From Chara braunii (lineage: Eukaryota > Plantae > Charophyceae), in the NCBI GenBank assembly GCA_003427395.1, contig BFEA01000012.1:409812-473575 (forward strand): a stretch of DNA of 63,764 nt, written 5' to 3'. The notes beneath the pieces are model-generated. The model saw only the letters and a program-made list of their open reading frames with translations, was not told where the DNA came from and searched no databases. Of this stretch, positions 62,516-63,764 are shown piece by piece. Each line of letters starts with the position of its first letter. Within the stretch, counting starts at the first letter, position 1. Made by a program: the position numbers and the translations under genes.

Positions 62516-63764
62516 TTAGTCGCGCTCGGGGGAGAACCTACGAAGTAGTGGCATCTCCCTCAACCGACGCTTCCTTATCTGATGGTCCAACATCGGTGTC
62601 GTCAGACAACTCCTGAACTGCCTTACCTTCTTCGGGGAATGCCGTCTTCACACCGTTGGTTGATGATGTCCTCTACTGACCGCTTAATGGTGATGTACTT
62701 CAAACCTTCCTTGACACAAATTTCGGTAATCTCATCTTTCTTCCGATTACTCAAATCTTTTCGTTGTTCCTTAGCGAACTTCATTTTCTTCATGGCAAGT
62801 GCAGAGGCAGGTTCAGTAACTGTCTTCTGCGTCCCTCGACCGGTTGACGCCATCTCATCCATCCATTGCCTTAAATTGGTGCATGGTACACGTTGAACTG
62901 CTTCCAAATCAGCAATGACGGCTCGAAGATGCTCATTCTCTAACTCTTTGTCGCGACGAGCGTTAACCTCTTCTTCCGGTCTGACCCACAATTGTTCGTT
63001 TTCTCTCTCCTTCTCTCTTCTCGTGTTGAAGTCGGCTCTGCGCAGGTTCTTGAGAGTTTCCACCTCCAGATTGTGCCTATGCACAATACCAGCGAGTCCG
63101 GTGGCTGGTTAAGGAGTCGCCCTTGTTCGTGTACGGACAGCGGTGGTTGGAGTAACAGCGACACATCCACGCTTATTTCCTGGTCTCAATGCCTCATTCT
63201 TCCAAGTCTCCACTTCCTGCAGTGCCTCGTCTCATAGTTCTCATCAGTGTCATCTCATTCTCGAGAGTTTCCAGTCTCTTTCGTGTTGCAATCGATTATT
63301 CAAGCCTCCTCTTCATTGCTTTCTGTTCTCGTAACAATTGTCTGATGAGCTCCTCCCCTTCGATGGTAGCCTTAGTCCATGAGGTAGAAGCAACTGCACT
63401 ACGTGCAATTGACTTAAGTCGATAAATCTCCTTCTTCAAACCTTCGATTTCTCCCTTGCTGGTAGGTTCACCTTTCTTTTCATCCATCTTCTCACAAACC
63501 TTCTCCCATTTCTTGTTTATATCGTTCATCATCAGCCGATGCATATCTTCTCGTTCCTTACAGTCATGCTCTCGTCGTTCTTTCTCTTCCTCATCTCTCT
63601 TTTTCTTCTCTTCTTCATTCCGTTTGCTCTTCTCCTTCTCGACCTTAGCATCGTGGCGAATCTTGATCTCGACGACCGTGTTCTCTAAGATGATCAAACG
63701 TTGCTTAGCCTCGTACCACCCATTACTCCTATGTTGACCGGCGACCAAAGTTGTAGACGAAGAT
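62516..63764 (-). pseudogene. ORF1: charged coiled-coil protein with a possible SAP-like C-terminal motif
   Basis: E/K/R-rich fragments at 63748-63296 and 63084-62623; LSNRKKDEITEICVKEGLKY is SAP-like (tentative). Confidence 0.55.

Larger units (their letters stand above)
58919..63764 (-). mobile_element. Penelope-like retroelement with N-terminal GIY-YIG (Chlamys/Naiad-type architecture), decayed; runs off the window end
   Basis: Order on the minus strand: coiled-coil ORF1, GIY-YIG, RT and thumb, 3' region with hammerhead and AATAAA. Confidence 0.88.

Overview
Eukaryotic, repeat-dense genomic DNA with microsatellites, N-gaps and nested decayed transposons; no intact host gene was recognised. 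The element repertoire suggests a streptophyte alga such as Chara (inference). The centre is a ~22 kb minus-strand Ty3/Gypsy LTR retrotransposon (28322-50310) with a tRNA-Asp PBS, gag, protease, RT, RNase H and integrase, and a 4.1 kb solo LTR nested in its left LTR. The most unusual feature lies between its PBS and gag: a ~4.7 kb virus-like cassette of about 8 sense-strand ORFs joined by abutting or overlapping stop/start codons (TAGATG, ATGnnTRA). Several of these ORFs are paralogues of one unrecognised ~110-aa domain, and a second decayed element in the flanks carries the same domain and the same junction type. Other features: a Penelope-like element with an N-terminal GIY-YIG (Chlamys/Naiad architecture), a hammerhead ribozyme, and a 14-nt long-range complementarity between its 3' end and its ORF1/ORF2 junction; a Josephin-protease + tandem RING relic (Dualen/RandI-like); a hAT transposase relic; a chromovirus integrase relic; solo LTRs; and a cluster of degenerate hammerhead-like motifs with GNRA hairpins. 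All alignments were made by eye.
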